A stretch of DNA of 64,000 nt from the IMG/VR virus record IMGVR_UViG_3300010389_000001, positions 62,001 to 126,000 of that record; one strand, 5' to 3'. Below are positions 17,190-26,091 of this stretch, one piece after another. Within the stretch, counting starts at the first letter, position 1. Every line of letters starts with the position of its first letter. The translations under genes and the position numbers were made by a program. The notes under the pieces were generated by a model. It made no database searches, was not told where the DNA came from, and was given only the letters and a program-made list of their open reading frames with translations.

Positions 17190-18266
17190 ATGAATATTGC
17201 ACAGACCAAAGAAGTTCTCAAGGATATGCCTGCCGATAAGTCGGTTATGCTTCACGCTAAGCACGGCGTTGGAAAGTCCTCTGTTGTTCGCCAGGCTGCA
17301 GAAGAAATTGCTGCTTCTACTGGCGAAGAGTGCGGGTTTTTCGATGTTCGACTTTCGCAGTGCGAAGTTGGCGACATTAAGGGAATGCCTGTTACTGATG
17401 AGGAGCGAGACATTATTCGCTTCCTAAAGCAAGAGTGGTGGCCCCGTGCTATGGATTCAAAGGGCATCCTTTTCTTCGATGAGCTTAACCGAGCATCAAA
17501 GGATGTTCTTCAGGCTGTCTTTGAGATTTGCCTTGACCGTCGCCTTGATGGCGAAAAGCTGCCTGATGGTTGGCGCGTAGTCGCTGCGGTTAACTCCGAT
17601 GATGACTACGATGTTGTTGAGCTTGACCCTGCTCTGCATGATCGCTGGTTCCATATCGAGTTTGACCCCTCTGCTGAAGAGTGGCTCACCTGGGCTCGTA
17701 GCAATGGAGTCCACAAGGCTGTCGTGGAGTTTGTTAACCGCAATCAGAATCTTCTGGACCCTCCCGTTGGAAACCTGGAAGCAGGTCGCGTTTACCCGTC
17801 GCGTCGTAGCTGGGTTTCACTCTCTGATACCATGATCTACATGGGACTTGATTCTCGAACGGATGATGGTATGCTAACCCAAATCACTAAGGGCTGGGTT
17901 GGTCGAGAGATTGCTGTAATGTTCCAGAAGTTCATTACCAATGAGTTCTCAAACCTTCGTCCAGAAGAAGTCATTGACTCCTACGATAAGGTATCTGGAA
18001 AGATTGAAGCTGCTTGCAATGACATTGAGGTTATCGCAGCCCTTTCCCGCTCTGTTGTAGCGGAGGTCAATGAGCGTAGCCTTACGACTATGAAGGAAAA
18101 GCAGCGTACCAATCTTCGCAAGTTCTTTATGGCTCTGCCGCCTGACGTAGCATCGCAGGCTTGGGTCGGTCTTCTTGCCGGTAAGAAGTCGAAGAAGATT
18201 GTTATGGAGTGGCAGTCTGATGAGGACTTCCGTGAGCATCTTAAGGTGATTTACCTTAGCAACTGA
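17190..18266 (+). CDS. MoxR-like AAA+ ATPase
   Basis: Walker A variant AKHGVGKS, Walker B ILFFDELNRA, sensor VAAVN, LDPALHDRW, PSRRSW; ATG 17190 after GAGG. Confidence 0.88.
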   Translation: MNIAQTKEVLKDMPADKSVMLHAKHGVGKSSVVRQAAEEIAASTGEECGFFDVRLSQCEVGDIKGMPVTDEERDIIRFLKQEWWPRAMDSKGILFFDELNRASKDVLQAVFEICLDRRLDGEKLPDGWRVVAAVNSDDDYDVVELDPALHDRWFHIEFDPSAEEWLTWARSNGVHKAVVEFVNRNQNLLDPPVGNLEAGRVYPSRRSWVSLSDTMIYMGLDSRTDDGMLTQITKGWVGREIAVMFQKFITNEFSNLRPEEVIDSYDKVSGKIEAACNDIEVIAALSRSVVAEVNERSLTTMKEKQRTNLRKFFMALPPDVASQAWVGLLAGKKSKKIVMEWQSDEDFREHLKVIYLSN

Positions 18267-18364
18267 TTTGGGGAAACCCACAGGGGGGCACAGGGTTATC
18301 AGGTGTCCCGCTCACTCTTTCCTCAAAAGATATTGAAACCCACCTGTTTGCGAGGGGATAAACA

Positions 18365-19510
18365 ATGGCTAACTCACAGATTAGAGCGCGACTTGATTCC
18401 GCTATTTCAAAACTTATCTCTTTTCAGCCGCTTTACGGTGAGGTTTTCCTTCATCTAAACAAGCGCGAAAACAAGGAGATTCCAACGATGGGCGTTGGAG
18501 TTATCCGTCGCGTAGATTTGGCTCTTTACTACAATCCAGATTTCGTCGCAGGACTTAGCTCAACTGAGCTTAGAAGCGTCCTTAAGCATGAGGCTTTGCA
18601 CGTTCTTCTGCATCATCTTACGCGAGCAAAGCACTTTGCTTACAATCCTCGTGGATACAACATTGCTGCAGATTGTGCAATTAACTGTCATATTGAGGGG
18701 CTTCCAGATGGAGCCCTTTATCCAAAGCAGTTTAACCTCGATGATAACCAGTCTTCTGAGTTCTACTACGAGAAGCTAAAGAAGGAAGCAGAGGACAAGC
18801 ATGGAGGAGACTTCGACAAGGCGATTGAAGGCAAGGGAGATACTGTAGACGACCACGGTATGTGGGGCGAATTTGACGACGATATTATCGAAGAGAAGGT
18901 CCGCAATATCGCAGAGAAGGCTATTAAGGAACAGGAGAAGAAGGGCTGGGGAAGCATTCCTGGCGGCCTTGCAGGTCAGATTATTGCTGCAAACAAGCCT
19001 GTTGTAAACTGGAAGAAGGAAGCTCGTTGGTTTATCAACAAGGTTGTTATGATGGGTCGTCGCAGTACCCGTATGCGCCCTAATCGTCGCTACGGAACAT
19101 CGCAGCCTGGGAGCAAGAGAAACTACACTAGTCGCCTTCTTGTTGCGTTTGATACTTCTGGCTCTGTTTCAAATAAGCAACTTGAATACTTTGCTACAGA
19201 GCTAAACGGTATGATTGACCACGTTCAGGCTGACTTTATTCAGTTTGATACCCAAATCTATGGAAAGCCAGAGCCTTACTCAAAGCGCGCTGCCAAGCTG
19301 GACATTAAGGGTCGAGGAGGCACTTGCTTTGCTCCAGTCATTCACATGGCCGATGAAGAGAGGTATGATGGTCTAGTTATCTTTACGGACGGTTATGCTC
19401 CATTCCCTGCAAAGCCAAAGACCCGTGTGATGTGGGCTGTTTGTGAGCGTGATTCAGCCGTAGAGTTTCCATACGGAAAGAAGGTTGTGATCGAAGAAAA
19501 GTCTCGATAA
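18365..19510 (+). CDS. Metallopeptidase + vWA domain protein (DUF2201-type MoxR partner)
   Basis: HEALH, NIAADCAIN, MIDAS DTSGS, GRGGT, FTDG. Confidence 0.88.
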   Translation: MANSQIRARLDSAISKLISFQPLYGEVFLHLNKRENKEIPTMGVGVIRRVDLALYYNPDFVAGLSSTELRSVLKHEALHVLLHHLTRAKHFAYNPRGYNIAADCAINCHIEGLPDGALYPKQFNLDDNQSSEFYYEKLKKEAEDKHGGDFDKAIEGKGDTVDDHGMWGEFDDDIIEEKVRNIAEKAIKEQEKKGWGSIPGGLAGQIIAANKPVVNWKKEARWFINKVVMMGRRSTRMRPNRRYGTSQPGSKRNYTSRLLVAFDTSGSVSNKQLEYFATELNGMIDHVQADFIQFDTQIYGKPEPYSKRAAKLDIKGRGGTCFAPVIHMADEERYDGLVIFTDGYAPFPAKPKTRVMWAVCERDSAVEFPYGKKVVIEEKSR

Positions 19511-19520
19511 TAAATGTCGC

Positions 19521-19563
19521 GGGGGCGGGCTGGGTTTATCCTATGCCTGCCCCTATTTTTTTT
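19521..19563 (+). terminator. Intrinsic terminator
   Basis: GGGGCGGGC...GCCTGCCCC hairpin plus T run. Confidence 0.75.
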
Positions 19564-19617
19564 GGCTTACCAACTGAGCCTCGCCGGGCAAAGCACTTAC
19601 ATTTTAATAGGATTTTT

Positions 19618-20814
19618 ATGATTCACGAAATAACAAAGACTCATTCTAGAATTGCGACCATCATAGTAGCATTTGATGCTGGCTCAAGAAACGAGAAGAG
19701 ATCAAGGCATAATTATGGCATAGCTCATATGCTTGAGCATTCTATCTTTAAGGGCACTCAAGAGATGAGTGCAATGGAGATCCAAAAGAAGATAGCTTTT
19801 TTGGGAGGAAGATCTAACGCCTTTACTTCGCATGAGATGGTAGCATACTATATCACTGTTCCTTATGAAAACATAGAATCCTGCATGAGCATTCTTTCGG
19901 ACATGGTATTTAATCCGGTTTTTCCTGAAGAAGAAATTATCAGAGAAATTGAGGTTGTGAAAGAGGAGGAAATGTCAACAAAGGACGATACCGAGGGATA
20001 TATCTGGAATGAATTTTCCTCTAAATTCTTTGGCGACCATTATCTTGGCGTTCCAGTCATTGGGTATCAGGATACGATCTCTAGGTTTACCAGGGATGAG
20101 ATCGATTCATTTCACAAAAGATTCTGCAGCAGAAAGGATGCTATCGTATCTCTTTGCAGTAACTTAACCAAAAAAGACTCAAAGGCTTTGCTTACTAAGT
20201 ATTTTGGCAAAGCCAGCGGCAGAACAAAGACGCACTACAAGTTTGATGACCCAGTTTACGGCGATTCATGCGAGCTAAACCTTTCTAGAACGGGGCTGGA
20301 GCATTCATACGTGTGGATGGGTATGCCATCTATAACCAAGTCCTCAGACATGGGGCCTTCCGTGAGGCTTCTTACGTCTATACTCGGATCCGGTATGGAC
20401 TCAAGGCTATTTGAGGAGGTAAGGGAAAAGCGAGGACTTGTATACGGGGTATCTGCATCATCCAGCGAATGGCAAAATGGAGGGCTATCTCTGGTTGAAT
20501 TTTCCACTAGAGAGGCAAACGTAGAAGAGGGTATGCAGGTGGTCCTGGGTGAGCTAGAGAAGATCAAGACCACACTTGTTAGCGACGAGGAAATCCAGAG
20601 AGCAAAAAACAAGATTAGAGCTTCTTTCTATTCGGCTATAGAGGATAGTTACAACCTAGCATCCTGGGCTCTAAAGAAGAGGCTCGTAGGTATACCTGAG
20701 ATTGATGATTATATGAGGATGATAGATGAAGTGAGCCCAGAGGATATAAGGGCTGCTGCAAAAGAAATATATAATACAGATAAGCTTTTGACATGCATCT
20801 GTAGAGGCGATTGA
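19618..20814 (+). CDS. M16-family zinc peptidase
   Basis: AGSRNE, GIAHMLEHSIFKGT (HxxEH), NAFTS, SRLFEEVREKRGLVY; ATG 19618 lies after the terminator. Confidence 0.93.
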   Translation: MIHEITKTHSRIATIIVAFDAGSRNEKRSRHNYGIAHMLEHSIFKGTQEMSAMEIQKKIAFLGGRSNAFTSHEMVAYYITVPYENIESCMSILSDMVFNPVFPEEEIIREIEVVKEEEMSTKDDTEGYIWNEFSSKFFGDHYLGVPVIGYQDTISRFTRDEIDSFHKRFCSRKDAIVSLCSNLTKKDSKALLTKYFGKASGRTKTHYKFDDPVYGDSCELNLSRTGLEHSYVWMGMPSITKSSDMGPSVRLLTSILGSGMDSRLFEEVREKRGLVYGVSASSSEWQNGGLSLVEFSTREANVEEGMQVVLGELEKIKTTLVSDEEIQRAKNKIRASFYSAIEDSYNLASWALKKRLVGIPEIDDYMRMIDEVSPEDIRAAAKEIYNTDKLLTCICRGD

Positions 20815-20825
20815 GTCGCTTACCC

Positions 20826-20850
20826 CCCCGGCAGTGATGCTGGGGTTTTT
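20826..20850 (+). terminator. Intrinsic terminator
   Basis: CCCCGGCA-GTGA-TGCTGGGG-TTTTT. Confidence 0.8.
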
Positions 20851-20900
20851 AATTTGTGGACCGCTCTAATGCTGTGCCTATAATATGGGAGAGGGGTAGC

Positions 20901-21095
20901 TTGAGCGACTTTACCAATTCAAATCCTGCTGATATAGCTTGCCTAACCAATCACCTAATAGCCGCTATAGATAGTTACATTAGGGAAGTGCCAACCTATA
21001 AGGAGGATCTTTATAGGGCGGAATCTGAGGTTAGTAGATATCTTTTTGATTTAGCAAATTATTGCGACGAAAAAGGTCATGCAGATGAGCGGTAA
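20901..21095 (+). CDS. Small hypothetical protein
   Basis: TTG start after GAGGGG; TATAAT at 20879-84. Confidence 0.45.
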   Translation: MSDFTNSNPADIACLTNHLIAAIDSYIREVPTYKEDLYRAESEVSRYLFDLANYCDEKGHADER

Positions 21096-21123
21096 TGGGT
21101 AGCCGTCTATCCGGGAGAATGAT

Positions 21124-21360
21124 ATGGCAAGATACAATTACATGCTTCCGAGAACGGAGCAGATTAGAAGGTGCAGTAACGGACTAGAGCATTATTACGT
21201 CCCCATATCTGTGTGCGCGAGCACAAATAGTGTTGGCGTTCGCTTTGTATGCAAGAGATGCGAAGCTCTAGCCGCAGGATTCTTTACAGAAGAAGAATAC
21301 GAGCTTAGAAGAAATACTATAGAAAAAGCAATAGAGAAAGCGGGAGGAACTTTGGCATGA
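21124..21360 (+). CDS. Small Cys/His-rich (Zn-binding?) protein
   Basis: C..H and CKRC motifs; GGAG RBS. Confidence 0.5.
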   Translation: MARYNYMLPRTEQIRRCSNGLEHYYVPISVCASTNSVGVRFVCKRCEALAAGFFTEEEYELRRNTIEKAIEKAGGTLA

Positions 21361-21584
21361 AGGAGCAGGTTAATCATCCCGGCCACTACCAGTTTGGAGA
21401 GAAGGACGCAGATGGAACTTCGAAGTACGAGGCAATAAAGGTAATTGAAGCTTGGGATTTGGACTTTCATCTTGGGAATGTTGTAAAATATGTTTCGAGA
21501 GCGGGAAGAAAAAGCGAGTCTCCGCTCCAAGATATTAAAAAGGCAAAGTGGTATCTTGATAGGTGGCTGGAGAAAAATAGTTAG
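21357..21584 (+). CDS. DUF3310-family phage protein
   Basis: VNHPGHY, FHLGNVVKYVSRAGRK, DIKKAKWYL. Confidence 0.9.
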   Translation: MKEQVNHPGHYQFGEKDADGTSKYEAIKVIEAWDLDFHLGNVVKYVSRAGRKSESPLQDIKKAKWYLDRWLEKNS

Positions 21585-21594
21585 GAGGGTTGAG

Positions 21595-21885
21595 GTGAAT
21601 TATACAAATCAATATTATCCAGTGGCTATAGCTCTAACTAATGAGTGGGGCTGGCAAGCGATCTATGAAGGCTTTGACTTTAGGGGCCTCACCTTTGAAA
21701 AGGTCTTTTGGTTGCGGAGTCCATCAGATGAGCTTGGGCTGCAAGTTGGGCTTTACACAAGTCAGAATAGTTCTAGCGAACTTGCTGGCGGAGAGAATAT
21801 GCTTGTGCCTGAGCTATACCGAATGATAAAGTCATTCGATATTGAGCTTGATTTGGAAAAGATAAAGGAAGATGGCCGAAAATGA
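21595..21885 (+). CDS. Hypothetical protein
   Basis: GTG 21595 after AGGAGG. Confidence 0.5.
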   Translation: MNYTNQYYPVAIALTNEWGWQAIYEGFDFRGLTFEKVFWLRSPSDELGLQVGLYTSQNSSSELAGGENMLVPELYRMIKSFDIELDLEKIKEDGRK

Positions 21886-22370
21886 GGTTTGTTGACGTAT
21901 TTGATCTTCCGGAGGAAAGGCCCAAGAGAATCGTTATAGCCTCAGGTTATTTTAATCCTTTGCACGTAGGGCATGTGGAGTATCTGCATTTGGCCAAATC
22001 ATGCGGAGACGAACTATGTGTTATCGTAAACAATGATGTTCAGCGCGCCTTAAAAGGTTCGAGCTATTTTATGAATGAGCAAGAAAGGCTGTTAATTATC
22101 AAAAGCCTGAGAGATGTTGATCATGTTATTCTTTCAATAGATGATGACAGAACCGTGTGCAATACTCTTCGTGAAATAAGTAAGGTTCATGCTCCGAAGT
22201 GGCATAATAATTGTAACCTTTATTTTGCAAACGGCGGCGATCAAAAAAATGACTCAATCCCAGAGAGAGCAGTTTGCGAAGAGCTAGGCATAGCCCTAAT
22301 TGATCGACTGGGCGAAAAGATTCAGTCTTCATCATGGCTTATAGATGGAGGTAGAAATGAGCCTTATTAG
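21882..22370 (+). CDS. Cytidylyltransferase-like nucleotidyltransferase (HxGH family)
   Basis: SGYFNPLHVGH, VIVNND, FANGGD, KIQSSS. Confidence 0.88.
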   Translation: MRFVDVFDLPEERPKRIVIASGYFNPLHVGHVEYLHLAKSCGDELCVIVNNDVQRALKGSSYFMNEQERLLIIKSLRDVDHVILSIDDDRTVCNTLREISKVHAPKWHNNCNLYFANGGDQKNDSIPERAVCEELGIALIDRLGEKIQSSSWLIDGGRNEPY

Positions 22371-22569
22371 AAAGAGCGCATTTCATATGGTTGTTCGCTG
22401 TGGATTGGGCGCTCACGGAGCAATTCATTTGATTGAATTTTTCATAAACTTGTTTGAGCGAGCCTGGGGATCTGCATTCTTCACGCTTTTGGCGGCCTTA
22501 CTAATGCTGTCAGGCGCCTTAATTGATTATCAGCACCATTCTGAGGGAAAATATGAAGTACCAAGTTGA
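22357..22569 (+). CDS. Small two-helix membrane protein
   Basis: Two hydrophobic segments; GGAGGT RBS. Confidence 0.5.
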   Translation: MSLIRKSAFHMVVRCGLGAHGAIHLIEFFINLFERAWGSAFFTLLAALLMLSGALIDYQHHSEGKYEVPS

Positions 22570-22921
22570 CGTAGATTACATTGGAGCAAACACTAAAATT
22601 GTGTGGACTTACAATGGCGAAAAACATTGTGAGCATGGACCTGCAGTTTGGTGGCAAGACGGAACTTATGACTTTTATTTAAATGGGGTATCGCTTTCGG
22701 TAAGCGAGTGGGAAGAGGCTGTTGACAGGCAGTGGAACCCTCAAGCAAAAAGGTCATCAAGAAGGGAGTTCCCCAAAGTTTATCTCGTAACGAAAGTTAC
22801 TTCGAATGGTGCCTCCGAACCTGTTGCAACTTTCGATTCCCTGGCGAAAGTTGATGAGTTTATTCTGAAGAATGAAACTGATGAAATTTGGTTCAACTGG
22901 GTTCAAGTAGAGCTTAGGTGA
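22553..22921 (+). CDS. Hypothetical protein with one HxxxGPAV viral beta-repeat
   Basis: KHCEHGPAVWWQDGTYDFYLNG. Confidence 0.5.
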   Translation: MKYQVDVDYIGANTKIVWTYNGEKHCEHGPAVWWQDGTYDFYLNGVSLSVSEWEEAVDRQWNPQAKRSSRREFPKVYLVTKVTSNGASEPVATFDSLAKVDEFILKNETDEIWFNWVQVELR

Positions 22922-23345
22922 TCTGCACGCGCGCTTGCAAGTGCGCCTGAAATGGAGGCTTCAGATATGAGAAAGAAAAAGGTAGTTGGAGATTTATGTC
23001 CTAGCTGCGATGATTCAGTAGAGTGGTATCCGATTCCTGATTCACTGGCATCAGCCTGCGAAGATTGCGGATTCGTCAGAATTTACTTAGGAGAAAAGGA
23101 TGCTGAAGGAAACTTACTTTATGATGTAGGCGTCTCAATCCCCGAATGGTTGCAGAGTCTTTATGAGCCAGATGTTAGCGGCAGCCTGCGGAGGGCAAAG
23201 TGACCAAAGGAAACGATCGCTTATTTTGCTCAACTAATAATAAACATTTGTTTATTTTGAAATCCGATTGCTCTCATGACTGGATCTATCTCGGCGGTCA
23301 CAATGAGCTTTGGGTTTGCAAGAAATGCGGAACTAAGGAAAGGCG

Positions 23346-23552
23346 ATGAAAGTCGGTGATAGAGTAAGAGTCAAGAAAGATGGGCAACTTTGTTGGGCGA
23401 AGTCAGGCAGGATATATGTTCCAGACTTTTATATCGGATATGTGACTTATGTGAATCACGGGAATGGAAATCTGATGGTTCATCTGGAAGAATTAGATGA
23501 CAGAGTTCAGACTAGCATTGAGCACTGGATTGAGGTAGAGAGCGAAGAATGA
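23346..23552 (+). CDS. Small MKVGD-type (SH3/KOW-like) phage protein
   Basis: MKVGDRVRV start; similar starts at 23549 and 31209. Confidence 0.55.
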   Translation: MKVGDRVRVKKDGQLCWAKSGRIYVPDFYIGYVTYVNHGNGNLMVHLEELDDRVQTSIEHWIEVESEE

Positions 23553-24586
23553 AAGTCAGAGATCTTGTAAGGCCAAAAAGTCAGTGGGATGAAAACTTCA
23601 AAAAGAAAAAGCATGATATTGGTCTTTTAATAGACATTGAAAAAGACTTCTATCGCCACAACGATTATTTTCAAGATCGTTTGACTATCTTGTGGTCACA
23701 TGGTGAAATAACAAAAGAGCCCCCTGGCTATGTGGAGGTTATGAAATGAGCAACGAAGATCAAATCGCAAAAGAAATCGCTAAAATGACTGATGATGAAG
23801 TTATTCAAAATGTCGAGAAGTATTTCCCGAAATGGACTGCAACCGAGTCTATGAAGCGTATGCTCACCAAATACGGACGTTTGGATGAACAAGTTTATTT
23901 TCTTGAGATTCTTCGTCTTGAGTCTCTTTGTCGCAGAGCGGCAGAGGAGATCAAAATGCTTGATGATAAGTTGCAAGAGATTTCGCCCGATCCAGATGGC
24001 ACTCACACCTCTGTAAATCTGCTTTCAAGACTTGACGGACGGATTGGTGGGTGGTATACTATGACTGAGCCAAACGAGGAGAAGTGATGAAAGTTTGGGT
24101 CGTAACAAAACGATGGGTTCACGAAGATCGTATGAATGTTGCCGTTTTTTCAACGGAAACGGCAGCGTACAATTTTGTTAGAGACAATGAGACAGACGAC
24201 AATTGGCGAGTTTGTTTTGATGTTGAAGAGTGGGAGGTTGATAGTGAGTGTAAAATGGCGAAGGCTTGTGATATTATTTGATTTGTAAGGAGAAATAATG
24301 AGCGCTGACAAGACTGGGTGTCCTAAGTGTGTAACTGGATCTATTCAAGAAACTTATCTCACTCCCCCAGATAAAGGAAAAGTGAAGGGATGTAATCGCT
24401 GTTCATATTTTCATTACGACCCATACGAAGTGGATTGGGGTGCTCTTCCACCAGAGGTCTTCGACCAATACACAAATGCCTGTGAAGAGGTTAAGAACCC
24501 TGTGATTGTTGAATCCACACCAAAAAAGAAGCAAAGTCACTTCGAGAAGTTGTATCACATGAATCTTCTCGTGAACGAAAAAAAAG

Positions 24587-24615
24587 TTGACACAGAGACC
24601 TAAGTGGGCTATACT
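24587..24615 (+). promoter_or_regulatory. Near-consensus sigma70 promoter
   Basis: TTGACA-17 nt-TATACT with an A-tract upstream; predicted start ~24622. Confidence 0.85.
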
Positions 24616-24621
24616 GTGAAC

Positions 24622-24743
24622 ATAGAGTGAGGCGGTATTACGCAGGGTTCTACTGAGACGATACACGACCCGGTTCAAGGAATAAGCGTCTAACAAAGGA
24701 ATACTTGAACATCTGTGGGTTTAAACCCCACCACTCTATTCCA
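24622..24743 (+). ncRNA. tRNA-like non-coding RNA, non-canonical
   Basis: Acceptor ATAGAGTG/CACTCTAT plus T-CCA; T-arm GTGGG-TTTAAAC-CCCAC; three internal helices; no canonical 7-nt anticodon loop. Confidence 0.7.
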
Positions 24744-25710
24744 TAATGAAGTTACCCCGATTGTAAGGATCAAGCAGGAGAGGGATAAACTCCATGATTG
24801 CTAATCTGCGGGTGGGGCTGGAAACAGTCAGTTAGGTGGGTTGGTTGCCTAACACCTTTTGGGAGAGAAGAATGAATGATAGACAAGGGCACCCAGAGCC
24901 AGAAGATTGTTGGCTTTATTACTGTGTGAGCCTGAAAGAAGAATACAGAACCGAAGAAGGGCAAATTCGCATTCATCCATCACTTCCTATCGAGGGGGTG
25001 GTTAGTGCGGATCTAACCGATCCTGATGTTTTTTGTGTGGTTCACGGAACAGGATCAATGGTGAGAATGCTCCAAGAACACAAAGGGTTTTATGAAAAGA
25101 AGGAATATGCAAACGAGTTTGCTGAATTTATGTTCAGTTTTGCTCAACAAAACTTGGAGAGAAGAAAATGAGCGATGAGTTTGTAGACAAGAAAGGTATT
25201 CGGTGGCATCCCAAAGAAATGCTCAATGACCTATCACAGCGTCTCGAAACAGCCAAAGCATTTCACAGAGTTGCCGTAAAAGAAAGAGATTACGAGAGAA
25301 CTCTCTGCGACCGATACAAAAAAGAACTGTACGAACTTCGCTCACTTTACGAAGGTGTTCTTTCTCGCATAAACAAGTTGGAAGACGATACAAGGTCAGC
25401 GATAGAGTTTGCCGACCTCGCAGAAGACGATAAGGGAACAGAAATGATCTTAGAATTCTGCGATGATATTACAAAGTTGGTTGGAGAGTGAAGGTGAGCC
25501 AACAAGAGGTAAAACAAGCAGTTGCTCCGATGTGGATAAATCTTGATGCTGCCAACAACCGTCTTAGGCAAATCTCACAACTTTGCTGGGAACTTGTAAA
25601 CGAACTAAGAGAAGCAGACAATCTTCTTGTTGGCGAATACCCAGATGAATTTTCAAAAGTTTTTGACGTAGCAAACGAAATAGAGTCTTGGCTTATTGAG
25701 GGAAAGCAAA

Positions 25711-26091
25711 ATGAAAACAGTTAGTTCTATTGTTCAATCAGAGATTCTTCAGCAACTGCTGGAAAACCAAAGGCGTTTTGCCGAGGTTGCTAAACCTCCT
25801 TTCTATCCTAAAACTTGGAAGGAGTTTCGCAATCGAGAACTCGCAAACTATATGAGCCGCGAAAGGGGAAAGAAGCGTCTTCGTAAGAAAAAGGCTCTCA
25901 AGAGAATGCGAGAAGTCTGGGGTTTCTATCTTCTTACCCGACCAGTAAGCCATTTTGTGAACTACCAAGAGCTGGGAAGAAAGCTGTTCCCCGTCCAGCC
26001 TCTCCCAGATGGCGCAAAGCTCATTTACAGCAACCACACTGATAACGAAAGGCATCGCATCGCAGAGATTATCAGAGGGAAGATCGAATGA
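25711..26091 (+). CDS. Basic hypothetical protein with capsid-protein-like segment
   Basis: VNYQELGRKLFPVQPLPDGAKLIY. Confidence 0.45.
   Translation: MKTVSSIVQSEILQQLLENQRRFAEVAKPPFYPKTWKEFRNRELANYMSRERGKKRLRKKKALKRMREVWGFYLLTRPVSHFVNYQELGRKLFPVQPLPDGAKLIYSNHTDNERHRIAEIIRGKIE

Noticed and set aside
24622-24743. Canonical tRNA (e.g. Ser-ACT or Sec)
   Set aside because: No 5-bp stem closes a 7-nt anticodon loop; a Ser(ACT) reading needs a 10-nt excision; no UCA loop.
24814-24830. tmRNA 5' end (GGGGCTG)
   Set aside because: No matching 3' acceptor/T-arm or tag reading frame found.
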